A DNA stretch of 64,000 bases from Candidatus Amesbacteria bacterium RIFCSPLOWO2_01_FULL_48_25 (GTDB lineage Bacteria > Patescibacteriota > Microgenomatia > CAZETR01 > Amesbacteraceae). The translations under genes were made by a program, and so were the position numbers. Location: contig MEXN01000007.1 of assembly GCA_001773695.1 (NCBI GenBank), positions 47,388-111,387 of the forward strand, written 5' to 3'. Shown piece by piece: positions 19,764 to 28,275 of this stretch. The first letter of the stretch is position 1, and every line of letters begins with the position of its first letter. Under the pieces are notes generated by a model that saw only the letters and a program-made list of their open reading frames with translations, was not told the DNA's origin and made no database searches.

Positions 19764-20153
19764 TCACGAATTGAATGGGCTGGAGTGGGAGCGGAGCCAG
19801 GAGGAGATTTCGTCTACAGACAGATTTTCGTTGGCGACTGATACCATGAATTTAACGACTTCTTTTTGGGAAGCCGTAATTTTAACTTTGTTGTACTTGA
19901 GGATAGTGAATGCCGAGACATAAGCTGTGCGTTTGTTGCCATCAACAAAAGGGTGGTTTTTGACTAGGGACTGAATTAGAGCCCCAATTTTTAGAAATAT
20001 GTCTGAATAGAGATCCTCTCCTCCGAAAGTCGCGAAAGGGCGGTGAACGGCTGACTCTAACGTCCCGAGATCCCGCACCCCTGACGAACCGCCGTGTTTC
20101 TTGACCATAGTTTCGTGAAGAGCCAGTATTTGGCGGAGGGAGAGGGTTTTCAC
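19764..20153 (-). CDS. Doc/Fic-family toxin
   Basis: HPFVDGNKRTA Doc-type motif; GTG start overlaps antitoxin stop. Confidence 0.93.
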   Translation of the reverse strand: MKTLSLRQILALHETMVKKHGGSSGVRDLGTLESAVHRPFATFGGEDLYSDIFLKIGALIQSLVKNHPFVDGNKRTAYVSAFTILKYNKVKITASQKEVVKFMVSVANENLSVDEISSWLRSHSSPFNS

Positions 20154-20401
20154 TGAAGTTTGGCTAGTGCATCGAGAGCGTTACCGTAGCGCGCTTCTAC
20201 TTCCCGAATCGCTTCATCTAATTGCCTGTCCGAAATTGCTTCGTACTGAGTAGATTTGGGAAGACGGCTGGAATAAGTAATACTCCCGTTATTATGAGTG
20301 ACTGATATCTTTGAGTTTTTGGTGATTTTGTTCTTAACCACAAAATTCTTGGGAAGAGTAACACCCAAAGAGTTGCCTATTTGAACTACTGATTGGAGCA
20401 T
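20150..20401 (-). CDS. AbrB/MazE-type antitoxin
   Basis: QIGNSLGVTLPK swapped-hairpin motif; C-terminal YGNALDALAK helix. Confidence 0.9.
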   Translation of the reverse strand: MLQSVVQIGNSLGVTLPKNFVVKNKITKNSKISVTHNNGSITYSSRLPKSTQYEAISDRQLDEAIREVEARYGNALDALAKLQ

Positions 20402-20409
20402 GGTTCTAT

Positions 20410-20436
20410 GTTATAACATGTTATAACTCTTGTCAA
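20410..20436 (-). promoter_or_regulatory. TA promoter with palindromic operator
   Basis: TTGACA (20431-20436) followed by the perfect palindrome GTTATAACATGTTATAAC (20410-20427). Confidence 0.8.
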
Positions 20437-20753
20437 GAGGGGTGGAGGGGAGTGTGGGAACGGTGGAAGAAACGGCGGGGGTGGGCCGGTGTAGAAATTA
20501 CTCTATCGGGAGTGGAATTTACAATTTCGTCCTGGGTTTCGTTAACCAATTTTTTTACTTCCGTGAAGAAATTGCCTATGTTTACCTCCCCCCGGTGGGC
20601 AATAGTGGGGTGGCGGTCGAGATATTGGTTGAGGTGACGGAGGGTTTGGCGAAACTCGTGAATTAAATGAAAAACTTGGAGGGCGGCGAATGCCAGAAGA
20701 AAAGTCAGAGTACAGACAACGACGACTAGAAGTAATTGGATAGCGTTGGCCAT
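20433..20753 (-). CDS. Small single-TM protein (DUF948-like)
   Basis: N-terminal hydrophobic helix followed by a coiled region; TACAAT 7 nt before ATG. Confidence 0.75.
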   Translation of the reverse strand: MANAIQLLLVVVVCTLTFLLAFAALQVFHLIHEFRQTLRHLNQYLDRHPTIAHRGEVNIGNFFTEVKKLVNETQDEIVNSTPDRVISTPAHPRRFFHRSHTPLHPS

Positions 20754-20758
20754 GTGAA

Positions 20759-21394
20759 TTATTGTACTCTACTGATTGTCCGGGTGATAGAAGTGGACTT
20801 GCCGGATTTGGCGGTGGAGGTGACGACAATGGTATTGAGCCCTGGTTCTAAGGGTAGGCGGAGGTAAAACTGGCCGCCTTTCTCCAGAGCAACTAGTTGG
20901 CGATTTACAGAGATAGTGGCTTCGGGATCGGTGACCCCGGTAATTTCTACCGTCGCCTCACCGGTCGTGGCGCCAGGCTGCGGTTGGGAGATGGTCAGAG
21001 GCGGAGGACCGGTAAGAAGACGGTACTGATAAATCAGATAAACGCCAAAGAAGGCGAATATTAAACAGACGATGGCTGTGATGGTGGTTTTGGGAGTCCA
21101 GAAATCGGGACGGCTAACCGGCTCGGCCATACCGCGGGGGACTATTTGGCCTTGCGGATTTTCGACAAAGTCCCTTCTGAAGACGGCCAAGAGATGATCT
21201 GGATTCAGGTTTAAGTACTCGCTGTAGTTTCTGATAAACCCCCGGGCAACGGCGCCTGAAGGTAATGCCCGGTAGTCGTCCGATTCGATACTTTTTATAA
21301 AATGAGGGCGGATTTTGGTGACTCTGGCCACATCTTCCAATTCTAGTTTTTTACTGACCCGAGTCGCGCTTAGAATTTGACCAGCGGTTTTCAT
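20759..21394 (-). CDS. RodZ-like HTH-TM-Ig protein
   Basis: TKIRPHFIKSIESDDY..LP....ARGFIRNYSEYLNL; TM; Ig-like C-terminus; located after ftsK. Confidence 0.85.
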   Translation of the reverse strand: MKTAGQILSATRVSKKLELEDVARVTKIRPHFIKSIESDDYRALPSGAVARGFIRNYSEYLNLNPDHLLAVFRRDFVENPQGQIVPRGMAEPVSRPDFWTPKTTITAIVCLIFAFFGVYLIYQYRLLTGPPPLTISQPQPGATTGEATVEITGVTDPEATISVNRQLVALEKGGQFYLRLPLEPGLNTIVVTSTAKSGKSTSITRTISRVQ

Positions 21395-21411
21395 CAAATG
21401 AAGAATACCAC

Positions 21412-21450
21412 AACCTCACCCCTGCCCTTCTCCTTACTTTAGGAGGGGGG
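21412..21450. repeat. REP-like palindrome, family 2
   Basis: AACCTCACCCCTGCCCTTCTCCTTACTTTAGGAGGGGGG; supplies the stop of ORF 21439-21687. Confidence 0.8.
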
Positions 21451-21687
21451 CGAGTCGATTGTTTCTCCCAACAACTTTGAAGCACTTGCGCGAATATTTG
21501 CCAGAACGTTTTCTTTTTCATCCGGATTTCTTAAAAAATATAAGGCGTGTCCTCTATTGCCACCTAAAGGTTCGGCTAAAATTGCCTGAATTATTCCAGA
21601 AATATCAAGTAAATCTTTGTGACCAGGAGGAAGAGATGCCTGTTTTTCTCTCAACCTTTCAATAAGCGTTTCCCATTCCGAAGCCAT
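21439..21687 (-). CDS. Hypothetical ORFan (82 aa)
   Basis: AT-richer ORF with own TAAAAT -10, bracketed by REPs of both families. Confidence 0.7.
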   Translation of the reverse strand: MASEWETLIERLREKQASLPPGHKDLLDISGIIQAILAEPLGGNRGHALYFLRNPDEKENVLANIRASASKLLGETIDSPPS

Positions 21688-21717
21688 TCTGTCCAGATTT
21701 TACACCTAACCTGGATT

Positions 21718-21749
21718 CTTCGACTCGCTGCGCTCGCTCAGGGTGACAC
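21718..21749. repeat. REP-like element, family 1 (expanded)
   Basis: CTTCGACTCGCTGCGCTCGCTCAGGGTGACAC. Confidence 0.8.
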
Positions 21750-21753
21750 GTTT

Positions 21754-23898
21754 CTACAATGAAGGTTGTTGGGAGGAGAGGAAGCCCTCGACGTCGGTGA
21801 CTAAGATGTCGCGGGGTTTGGCGCCATCAGTTGGGCCAATTATTCCCACCTGGTGCAACTCGTCCAATATACGGGCAGCCCGGGCATAACCGATCGATAG
21901 TTTGCGCTGTAAAAATGATGCGGAGGCGTTTTGATGCTGGACTATGAGACGAAAGGCATCTACAAACAGGGGGTCTCGGGGTTCGCCATTGGGAGAGATA
22001 AAGGCGGCTCCCGTGGCCCCCCTGTTTAAGGATTTACGACTGCCAAGACCTAAGGGCATATTGGTCACTTCATCAGTGTAGTGAGGAGTAACTCCCTGCT
22101 TTTTGAGAAAATCAATTAAATGGTGGATTTCTTTATCCGAGACAAAGGCACCCTGGATGCGAGAGGGCTTTGCCTGGTCGGGCGGAATGTATAGCATATC
22201 GCCTCGGCCGAGAAGTTTCTCGGCGCCGGGAGTATCAATAATTACCCGGGAGTCGATCATGGAGGAAACGGCAAAGGCGATGCGGGCGGGAATATTGGCT
22301 TTGATTAGGCCTGTTATTATATCTACTGAGGGACGTTGGGTGGAAATAACCAGGTGAATTCCGGTGGCCCTGGCCATTTGGGCAATTCTGGTTATGGCGT
22401 CCTCTACCTCTACTGGGGCATATAACATGATATCTGCCAGCTCGTCGATGAAAATGACGATATAGGGCAGAGCCTGAAAACCGGATAGTTCATTGTAGGC
22501 TTCTACGTTTCTAACCCCGACTTCGGCGAAAAGTTTGTAGCGGCGATCCATTTCTCCCATGGCCCATTTGAGAGCAGATAGAACTTTGTCCGGTTCGACT
22601 ATTACCGGGGCTAGCAGATGGGGAATTCCGTTATATCCCGTAAGTTCCACCCGCTTGGGGTCGACCATAATGATATTTAACTCTTGGGGACTGGTGCGGA
22701 AAAGCAAGGAAGCGATAAAGGCGTTTATACACACTGACTTACCAGAGCCGGTACTGCCGGCGATGAGGACGTGGGGCATTTTGCTAATATCGGCTACAAC
22801 CGGTGTTCCGGATACGTCCAGGCCTAGGCTGACTGCTAATTTACTTTTGTGATGACGCATGGTGTCGGATTCGAGGATCTTTCGCAGGCTGACGAATTCC
22901 GGAGCCCGGTTGGGGAGTTCAATACCCACCAGTGAGCGACCGGGAATGGGGGCTTCTATCCTGATTTGGCCGGTGGGGGCTGCTAGGGCGAGGGCCAGAT
23001 CAGAGCCAAGGGCGCTAATTTTGGACAGTTTGGTGCCGATAGCAACTTCCAGGGCGTATTGAGTGACAGCTGGGCCGAAATTGATTTCTAATACCTTGGC
23101 TATAATACCAAACGCCTCAAGTGTCTTTTCGATAACAGCGGCGTTGGTTCTGGGATCTCCCCGGTCGGCTTTACCGGAGATGTTTTCCGAAAGCAGAGAT
23201 AGGGGCGGATAAGTCCAAGGCATGTCTGAAGCGGAAGGGACGCTGGATATGGGAGAAATGCCGGATGGTGATGAAGGCGGGGTATTGGGAAAAACTGGGG
23301 CTGGTTTGGGCTTGTCTATTAGTCCTGTGGTTTTGATCTGGATTGGAGAGGGATTAGTTTTTAAAATTTTGGGCATGGTCGGAAATGCCGGCCGGAGACG
23401 TGAGGGTAAGGACGCAAGAGTGGTGAATATTTTCACAATAAATTGTAAAACATCTTCGAAGGGGATGTTGAACATGATAATTAGGCCGATGGCTAGCCCG
23501 CTTACGAGAAAAATCCCAGCGCCGGGGGGAGAAATAAAAGTCGCCAGACCGGCCCAGAGGAACTGACCCAACATACCCTGGTTGAGTAGCCCAGAAAGGA
23601 CGGCTAAAACGATTAAACTGCCCAGAAGAACGTTGGGTTCGGTTAGGGGAGCCTTAATTTTGGTGAGCATCAGTCCGCCAATAACCAGCGACACGGGGAG
23701 GAGAAAGGCGGAAGCGAGTCCAAGATAAGCAAGGAGAAGGTCGTTTAAAGAGGCCAAGGGTGGACTAGGCCTAGTAAAAGATAACCAAATAAGGGCGGAG
23801 AGAGCGAAGAGAAGTATCGCGACAATGGAATAAAGGGTGGATTTTTTGAGCTTGACCTGATATTTCTTGCGGCCGAGCAGTGACCGTGGGCGAGGCAT
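21754..23898 (-). CDS. ftsK: DNA translocase FtsK
   Basis: N-terminal TMs, PHVLIAGSTGSGKS, DELADIM, gamma domain LQRKLSIGYARAARI. Confidence 0.98.
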   Translation of the reverse strand: MPRPRSLLGRKKYQVKLKKSTLYSIVAILLFALSALIWLSFTRPSPPLASLNDLLLAYLGLASAFLLPVSLVIGGLMLTKIKAPLTEPNVLLGSLIVLAVLSGLLNQGMLGQFLWAGLATFISPPGAGIFLVSGLAIGLIIMFNIPFEDVLQFIVKIFTTLASLPSRLRPAFPTMPKILKTNPSPIQIKTTGLIDKPKPAPVFPNTPPSSPSGISPISSVPSASDMPWTYPPLSLLSENISGKADRGDPRTNAAVIEKTLEAFGIIAKVLEINFGPAVTQYALEVAIGTKLSKISALGSDLALALAAPTGQIRIEAPIPGRSLVGIELPNRAPEFVSLRKILESDTMRHHKSKLAVSLGLDVSGTPVVADISKMPHVLIAGSTGSGKSVCINAFIASLLFRTSPQELNIIMVDPKRVELTGYNGIPHLLAPVIVEPDKVLSALKWAMGEMDRRYKLFAEVGVRNVEAYNELSGFQALPYIVIFIDELADIMLYAPVEVEDAITRIAQMARATGIHLVISTQRPSVDIITGLIKANIPARIAFAVSSMIDSRVIIDTPGAEKLLGRGDMLYIPPDQAKPSRIQGAFVSDKEIHHLIDFLKKQGVTPHYTDEVTNMPLGLGSRKSLNRGATGAAFISPNGEPRDPLFVDAFRLIVQHQNASASFLQRKLSIGYARAARILDELHQVGIIGPTDGAKPRDILVTDVEGFLSSQQPSL

Positions 23899-23927
23899 GG
23901 GTTTGATTATACTGCAAACTTGGAGGT

Positions 23928-24311
23928 TTAAGGGGTATTGGGGCGTCTAATCTTTCGTAATCTTCTTTTTACAACGGCCTGGGGTTGTATTGGCTCCCCA
24001 TATAAGACTTTATCCATTAAAGTATCTCTCTCTTCTGCTTCTGCGGAAGTCAGTCCCATTGTTAGGCCGTCTTTAGCCGGTTGATTTTGGGTGTGGAGTT
24101 CCAACAGTCTATCTTTTTCTAATTGTCGAAGGTTTGGTGAATTGGTAATAACAGAAGTCTCTAGGGCTGTTACGGCTTGGGCAACTCGTTGAAGGGCGTC
24201 CAGCCCCTCTTTTAGATCTCCAGCTTCGCTGGCCACTTTGGCGGCATTTAACCCGCCTTTGGCTGCAGCCAAAAAAAATTGTACTTCTTGGGGATTAGTT
24301 GTAAGGGGCAT
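23928..24311 (-). CDS. Hypothetical ORFan (127 aa)
   Basis: Fills the rnj-ftsK gap; TATAAT overlapping the rnj stop lies 7 nt before ATG. Confidence 0.75.
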   Translation of the reverse strand: MPLTTNPQEVQFFLAAAKGGLNAAKVASEAGDLKEGLDALQRVAQAVTALETSVITNSPNLRQLEKDRLLELHTQNQPAKDGLTMGLTSAEAEERDTLMDKVLYGEPIQPQAVVKRRLRKIRRPNTP

Positions 24312-24319
24312 GGGGCAAA

Positions 24320-25999
24320 TTATACCTCGACAACAATGGGAAGGACCATGGGGCGGCGGTGGGTGCGGTCAAAAAAGAAGCGTTCAAGAGTGTCGACGAT
24401 TATCTGGCGGGCGTAGCGATCCGAGTCTATGTGTCCGGCGTGACGAGTGAAATTGTTTTTAACCTCGTCGGTGGCCCGTTTTAATAAATCCATGTTTTGC
24501 TTGTCAAAAACAAATCCCCGACTGATGAGTTCTAGGTCGATTAGTTTACTAAAGTCGTTTTGGTCGATTTGACTGACGGCGACGACGATACCCTCTTCGG
24601 CCAGGTGTTTACGATCGCGCAGGACCACGTGGCCCACATCCCCAACTCCCAAGCCGTCTACCATGACATTTTTTATCTCAACCGGTTTACCTAGGGCGGC
24701 GCCATCTGCAGACACTTCTATGATCTGATTATAAGCTGGGAGCAAAACCTGGTTTGAGGCCAAACCAGTGGACTGGGCTAAAAGAGAGTATTGGACCATG
24801 TGCCGGTAAGTGCCGCCTATAGGGACGACGTATTGAGGGCGAGTGAGAGCCAGCATGAGCAGTAGATCCTGTCTGGAACCGTGACCGGAGACATGAAGAT
24901 CGTCGGTAATGTTGGAGTAAATTACCGTCGCCCCCAAATGAGAGAGAGTGTCGATAAGGGATTGAACGGCATTTTCGTTGCCGGGGATGTAGTCTGAGGA
25001 AAAGACGATCTTGTCACCGGGTAAAATTTGGGCGTCATGATGATCTCCGACTGCCAACCGCTCCAGAGCGGAACCGGGTTGGGCTTGGGAGCCGGCGACC
25101 AAAAGGCAGAGATTTTTGGGGGGCATACGGCGGATGTTTTTGGGAGAGACAAAGACACTAGGCGGAAAACTTAAATACCCAAGTTTAGCGGCTGCGGTAA
25201 TGTTTCTGTCTATGGATTTACCTAAGATGGCGACTCTGCGGCCATGACGGACGGCGGCCTCAATGGCTTGGCGAAAACGGCTGATGTTGCTGCTCATGGT
25301 AGTCATAATGAATTTTCCCTGACAGTGGGAAATTTCCCGATCAAACATTTCCTCAAGAGACTTTTCTGACGGGGTGTAGCCTTTGCGTTCACTCCCTAAC
25401 GAATCTGACAGAAGAAGTTTTATGCCAAGATTCCCTGCCGCTGCAATCCGACCGACGTCAGGGGCCTGGCCGTCAACAGGCGTGAAATCAAATTTAAAGT
25501 CGGAGCCATGAAAGACGGTTCCTACCGGAGTGGAGATGATGAGGTTGGTAGCGTCGGGAATGGAGTGGGTGACGTGAACTGATTCGACGGTAAATGCCCC
25601 AAGACGGAGGGGTTTTCTGGTTTCCAAGACATTAATTTGGCGGGGCATGTTGGCATATTCAGCCAGTTTTTCCATGACCAGTTGGGCCGTAAGTCGGCTG
25701 CCATAGACAGGGACGTTCCCTAATTGGGGCAAAATATAAGGCAGGGCGCCAGTGTGATCTTCGTGGCCGTGAGTCAGGACCAGGCCTTTTACCCGGCTAA
25801 TATTGGGCTTTAGGTACGAGACGTCGGGGATGAGAATATCAATGCCTAGCATCTCTTCGGAAGGAAAACCCATGCCGCAGTCTACCAGGAGTATGTCTTG
25901 CCCGTACTCGTAGGCAAACATATTGGAGGTGACCCGACCAAAACCGCCGAGAGCGACGATTTTTAGTTTGGGTGAGGGGGCGGAAAATGGAAGTTTCAT
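24320..25999 (-). CDS. rnj: Ribonuclease J
   Basis: THGHEDHTG, HVSGHG, RRPMVLPIVVEV. Confidence 0.98.
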   Translation of the reverse strand: MKLPFSAPSPKLKIVALGGFGRVTSNMFAYEYGQDILLVDCGMGFPSEEMLGIDILIPDVSYLKPNISRVKGLVLTHGHEDHTGALPYILPQLGNVPVYGSRLTAQLVMEKLAEYANMPRQINVLETRKPLRLGAFTVESVHVTHSIPDATNLIISTPVGTVFHGSDFKFDFTPVDGQAPDVGRIAAAGNLGIKLLLSDSLGSERKGYTPSEKSLEEMFDREISHCQGKFIMTTMSSNISRFRQAIEAAVRHGRRVAILGKSIDRNITAAAKLGYLSFPPSVFVSPKNIRRMPPKNLCLLVAGSQAQPGSALERLAVGDHHDAQILPGDKIVFSSDYIPGNENAVQSLIDTLSHLGATVIYSNITDDLHVSGHGSRQDLLLMLALTRPQYVVPIGGTYRHMVQYSLLAQSTGLASNQVLLPAYNQIIEVSADGAALGKPVEIKNVMVDGLGVGDVGHVVLRDRKHLAEEGIVVAVSQIDQNDFSKLIDLELISRGFVFDKQNMDLLKRATDEVKNNFTRHAGHIDSDRYARQIIVDTLERFFFDRTHRRPMVLPIVVEV

Positions 26000-26013
26000 G
26001 AGCTCATTTTACA

Positions 26014-26643
26014 TTAAAATAAACTTGTTTGGGCCTGTGGGGGCGGCATTGGTACGATTGGCGAAACTGGGGAGAGCAATGTTTTGAGCTTGTGAAAGTC
26101 GGCTATAAACTCCTGCATCATGGACCCCGCTCGGAGAGCGGCGGCTGGGTGATACATGGGGAAAATAATATATTTAATACCACCAAATTCTACAAATCTG
26201 GATTGGCCGTGAACGCGAGAAATAGTCACATCGGGGATGAATTTGGCCATACTGAAACGACCTAGAGTGCAGATAATTTTGGGCGCTATTATTGATATTT
26301 GCCGGTCCAACCAATCCCGGCAGGCTTCGATCTCAACGGGGGTCGGATCGCGATTGTCGGGAGGCCTGAATTTGACAATATTAGTTATATAAACGTCATC
26401 CCGTTTTAGGTTCATGACTTCGGCTAGAGTTTTTTCGAGCAATTTGCCAGCTTGGCCTACAAAAGGCCGACCCTCCCGGTCTTCGTTAAAACCCGGGGCT
26501 TCACCAATAAACATAATTTTAGTATCGGGATTACCTTCGCCAGGGACGGCGTGAATGGCGTTTTTGGCGATATCAAGGCTTTTGAAATCTCTAATTTCCT
26601 GGGCAACTTTATTTAATTCGTCTATTTTTTCTTGCGTGGTCAT
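26014..26643 (-). CDS. Uracil-DNA glycosylase family 4
   Basis: IGEAPGFNED, PFVGQAG, KFRPPDNRDP, YHPAAALR. Confidence 0.93.
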   Translation of the reverse strand: MTTQEKIDELNKVAQEIRDFKSLDIAKNAIHAVPGEGNPDTKIMFIGEAPGFNEDREGRPFVGQAGKLLEKTLAEVMNLKRDDVYITNIVKFRPPDNRDPTPVEIEACRDWLDRQISIIAPKIICTLGRFSMAKFIPDVTISRVHGQSRFVEFGGIKYIIFPMYHPAAALRAGSMMQEFIADFHKLKTLLSPVSPIVPMPPPQAQTSLF

Positions 26644-26645
26644 AA

Positions 26646-27146
26646 TCAAAGCTTTCCCGATTGCTTTTGCAACTCAATAACTTGATCGATGGGTTTGGAG
26701 TGAAATTTGACATTGGCATCGTCAGGGAACTTGAGGATCAGTTCAGGATTTATCTCTCTGGATATAGCTTTAGTAATGAAATCAACAAAGGGATATTTGG
26801 CCATAAACTTTTGCAAATCACCGACAACAACTTCTATATGCTCCAATACATTGTTGTAATTGTCACCTTCGGCGGGGGCTAAAATTTCCACAATTGGGAT
26901 GGTGTATTGCTTATATCTCAAAGGAATGTTTAATTTGATATTTGAAACGGGACGATTGCGAATGACTGTTTCCTCTAGCGAAGTTCCGATTTTCTTCAAG
27001 TCACTTGTGAGTTTTTGATAATCTTCAAGGCTTTGTGTGCGATACGCTATGTGATCTATTTGATATTGAGAAATGTCTATTGGGGTGGTAGAAAGATTGG
27101 TAAACACTCGGTCTAAGAATGGTTGGTATTCGTCGTAAAGTTGCAT
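26646..27146 (-). CDS. VOC/YecM-like metalloprotein
   Basis: IDHIAYRT, IRNRP, LEHIEVV, VKFH. Confidence 0.8.
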   Translation of the reverse strand: MQLYDEYQPFLDRVFTNLSTTPIDISQYQIDHIAYRTQSLEDYQKLTSDLKKIGTSLEETVIRNRPVSNIKLNIPLRYKQYTIPIVEILAPAEGDNYNNVLEHIEVVVGDLQKFMAKYPFVDFITKAISREINPELILKFPDDANVKFHSKPIDQVIELQKQSGKL

Positions 27147-27200
27147 CTGATTGGCTGCTTTAATTAATTGAAGTCCTTTGGTGGGTTTGAAAGGGAAGCG

Positions 27201-28250
27201 TTAATATTTCGGCAGGAATTCTTTAATGTTGTCTTCGGTTATCGTAAATTGGGTGCCTTTGCCTTCGACCATGAGGCGGGCAGCTTTTCTGGTGATACCT
27301 TCGATAGTACGCTCGACAGAACGGATACCGGCGTCAAAACCCATGGGGCGAATTATTTTGGGCCAGACGCTGTCTTGAATTACCAAAGAATGAGGAGGCA
27401 GGCTGGAATTTTTCAACTGGTGGGGAAGAATGTAATCACGGGCGATATGCAACTTTTCGTCGTCGGAATACGAGGGCATGAGGATGGGTTCGAGCCGGTC
27501 CATGACGGCGGTACTAATATTTGCGGTGTTATTTGAGGTGCAAATAAACAGAACCTGGGATAAATCGAAGGGGTAATCCAGAAAGTGGTCGGTGAAGGCC
27601 ATGTTTTGCTCCGGATCGAGAAGTTCTACCAGAACGCCCATAATTTCACCGTAGGCGTTGGGCGAGACGCGGTCGATCTCGTCTAAAAGAATTACGGGGT
27701 TGCGGCTTTTTGCCCGGCGCATGGCTTTTATGATGTGGCCGGGCTCGGCTTCAGGATGAACCCGGGATTGACCACGCAGATCGAGGGCCGAACTCATACC
27801 GCCAAAGGGAATGCGGACAAACCGGCGATTTAAAGCATCGGCGATGCTGCCTGCCAGGGTAGTTTTACCGGTGCCGGCTAGACCGACTAAAAGCAGAACT
27901 GGGGCGTGAAAGTTGGTGGCGTTTTTTTGATTGAGGACAAGAACCGAAACATACTCCAAAAATCGCGACTTAAGTTCGTCTAGGCCATAGTGGTTTTTGT
28001 CCATGATTTGACGAATAAGGATCAGGTCCAGGTTGTCCTTGGTAACTTCGGTCCAGGGAAGATGAGTAATCCAATCAATATAGTGTTGGGCGGTTTCGAA
28101 TTCGCTTGAGTATTGGCCATATTGAGCTTGGCGCTCCAGCCGGTCTAATAGGCTCGTGGCCTTGGCTTCGAGTTCTTCGGGAAGAGATACGGAGTCGATA
28201 AGAGCCCTTAATTTGGCAATATCCGAAGCTAGATGAGAGTCTTGGGGCAC
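27201..28250 (-). CDS. Lon-family AAA+ module only (no N-domain, no protease domain)
   Basis: YIDWITHLPW, HYGLDELKSR, GLAGTGKT, LLDEID, LLDPEQNMAFTDHFLD; GTG start 7 nt after TGaTATCAT. Confidence 0.88.
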   Translation of the reverse strand: MPQDSHLASDIAKLRALIDSVSLPEELEAKATSLLDRLERQAQYGQYSSEFETAQHYIDWITHLPWTEVTKDNLDLILIRQIMDKNHYGLDELKSRFLEYVSVLVLNQKNATNFHAPVLLLVGLAGTGKTTLAGSIADALNRRFVRIPFGGMSSALDLRGQSRVHPEAEPGHIIKAMRRAKSRNPVILLDEIDRVSPNAYGEIMGVLVELLDPEQNMAFTDHFLDYPFDLSQVLFICTSNNTANISTAVMDRLEPILMPSYSDDEKLHIARDYILPHQLKNSSLPPHSLVIQDSVWPKIIRPMGFDAGIRSVERTIEGITRKAARLMVEGKGTQFTITEDNIKEFLPKY

Positions 28251-28275
28251 AGATTTGATGATATCACAGAAATTA

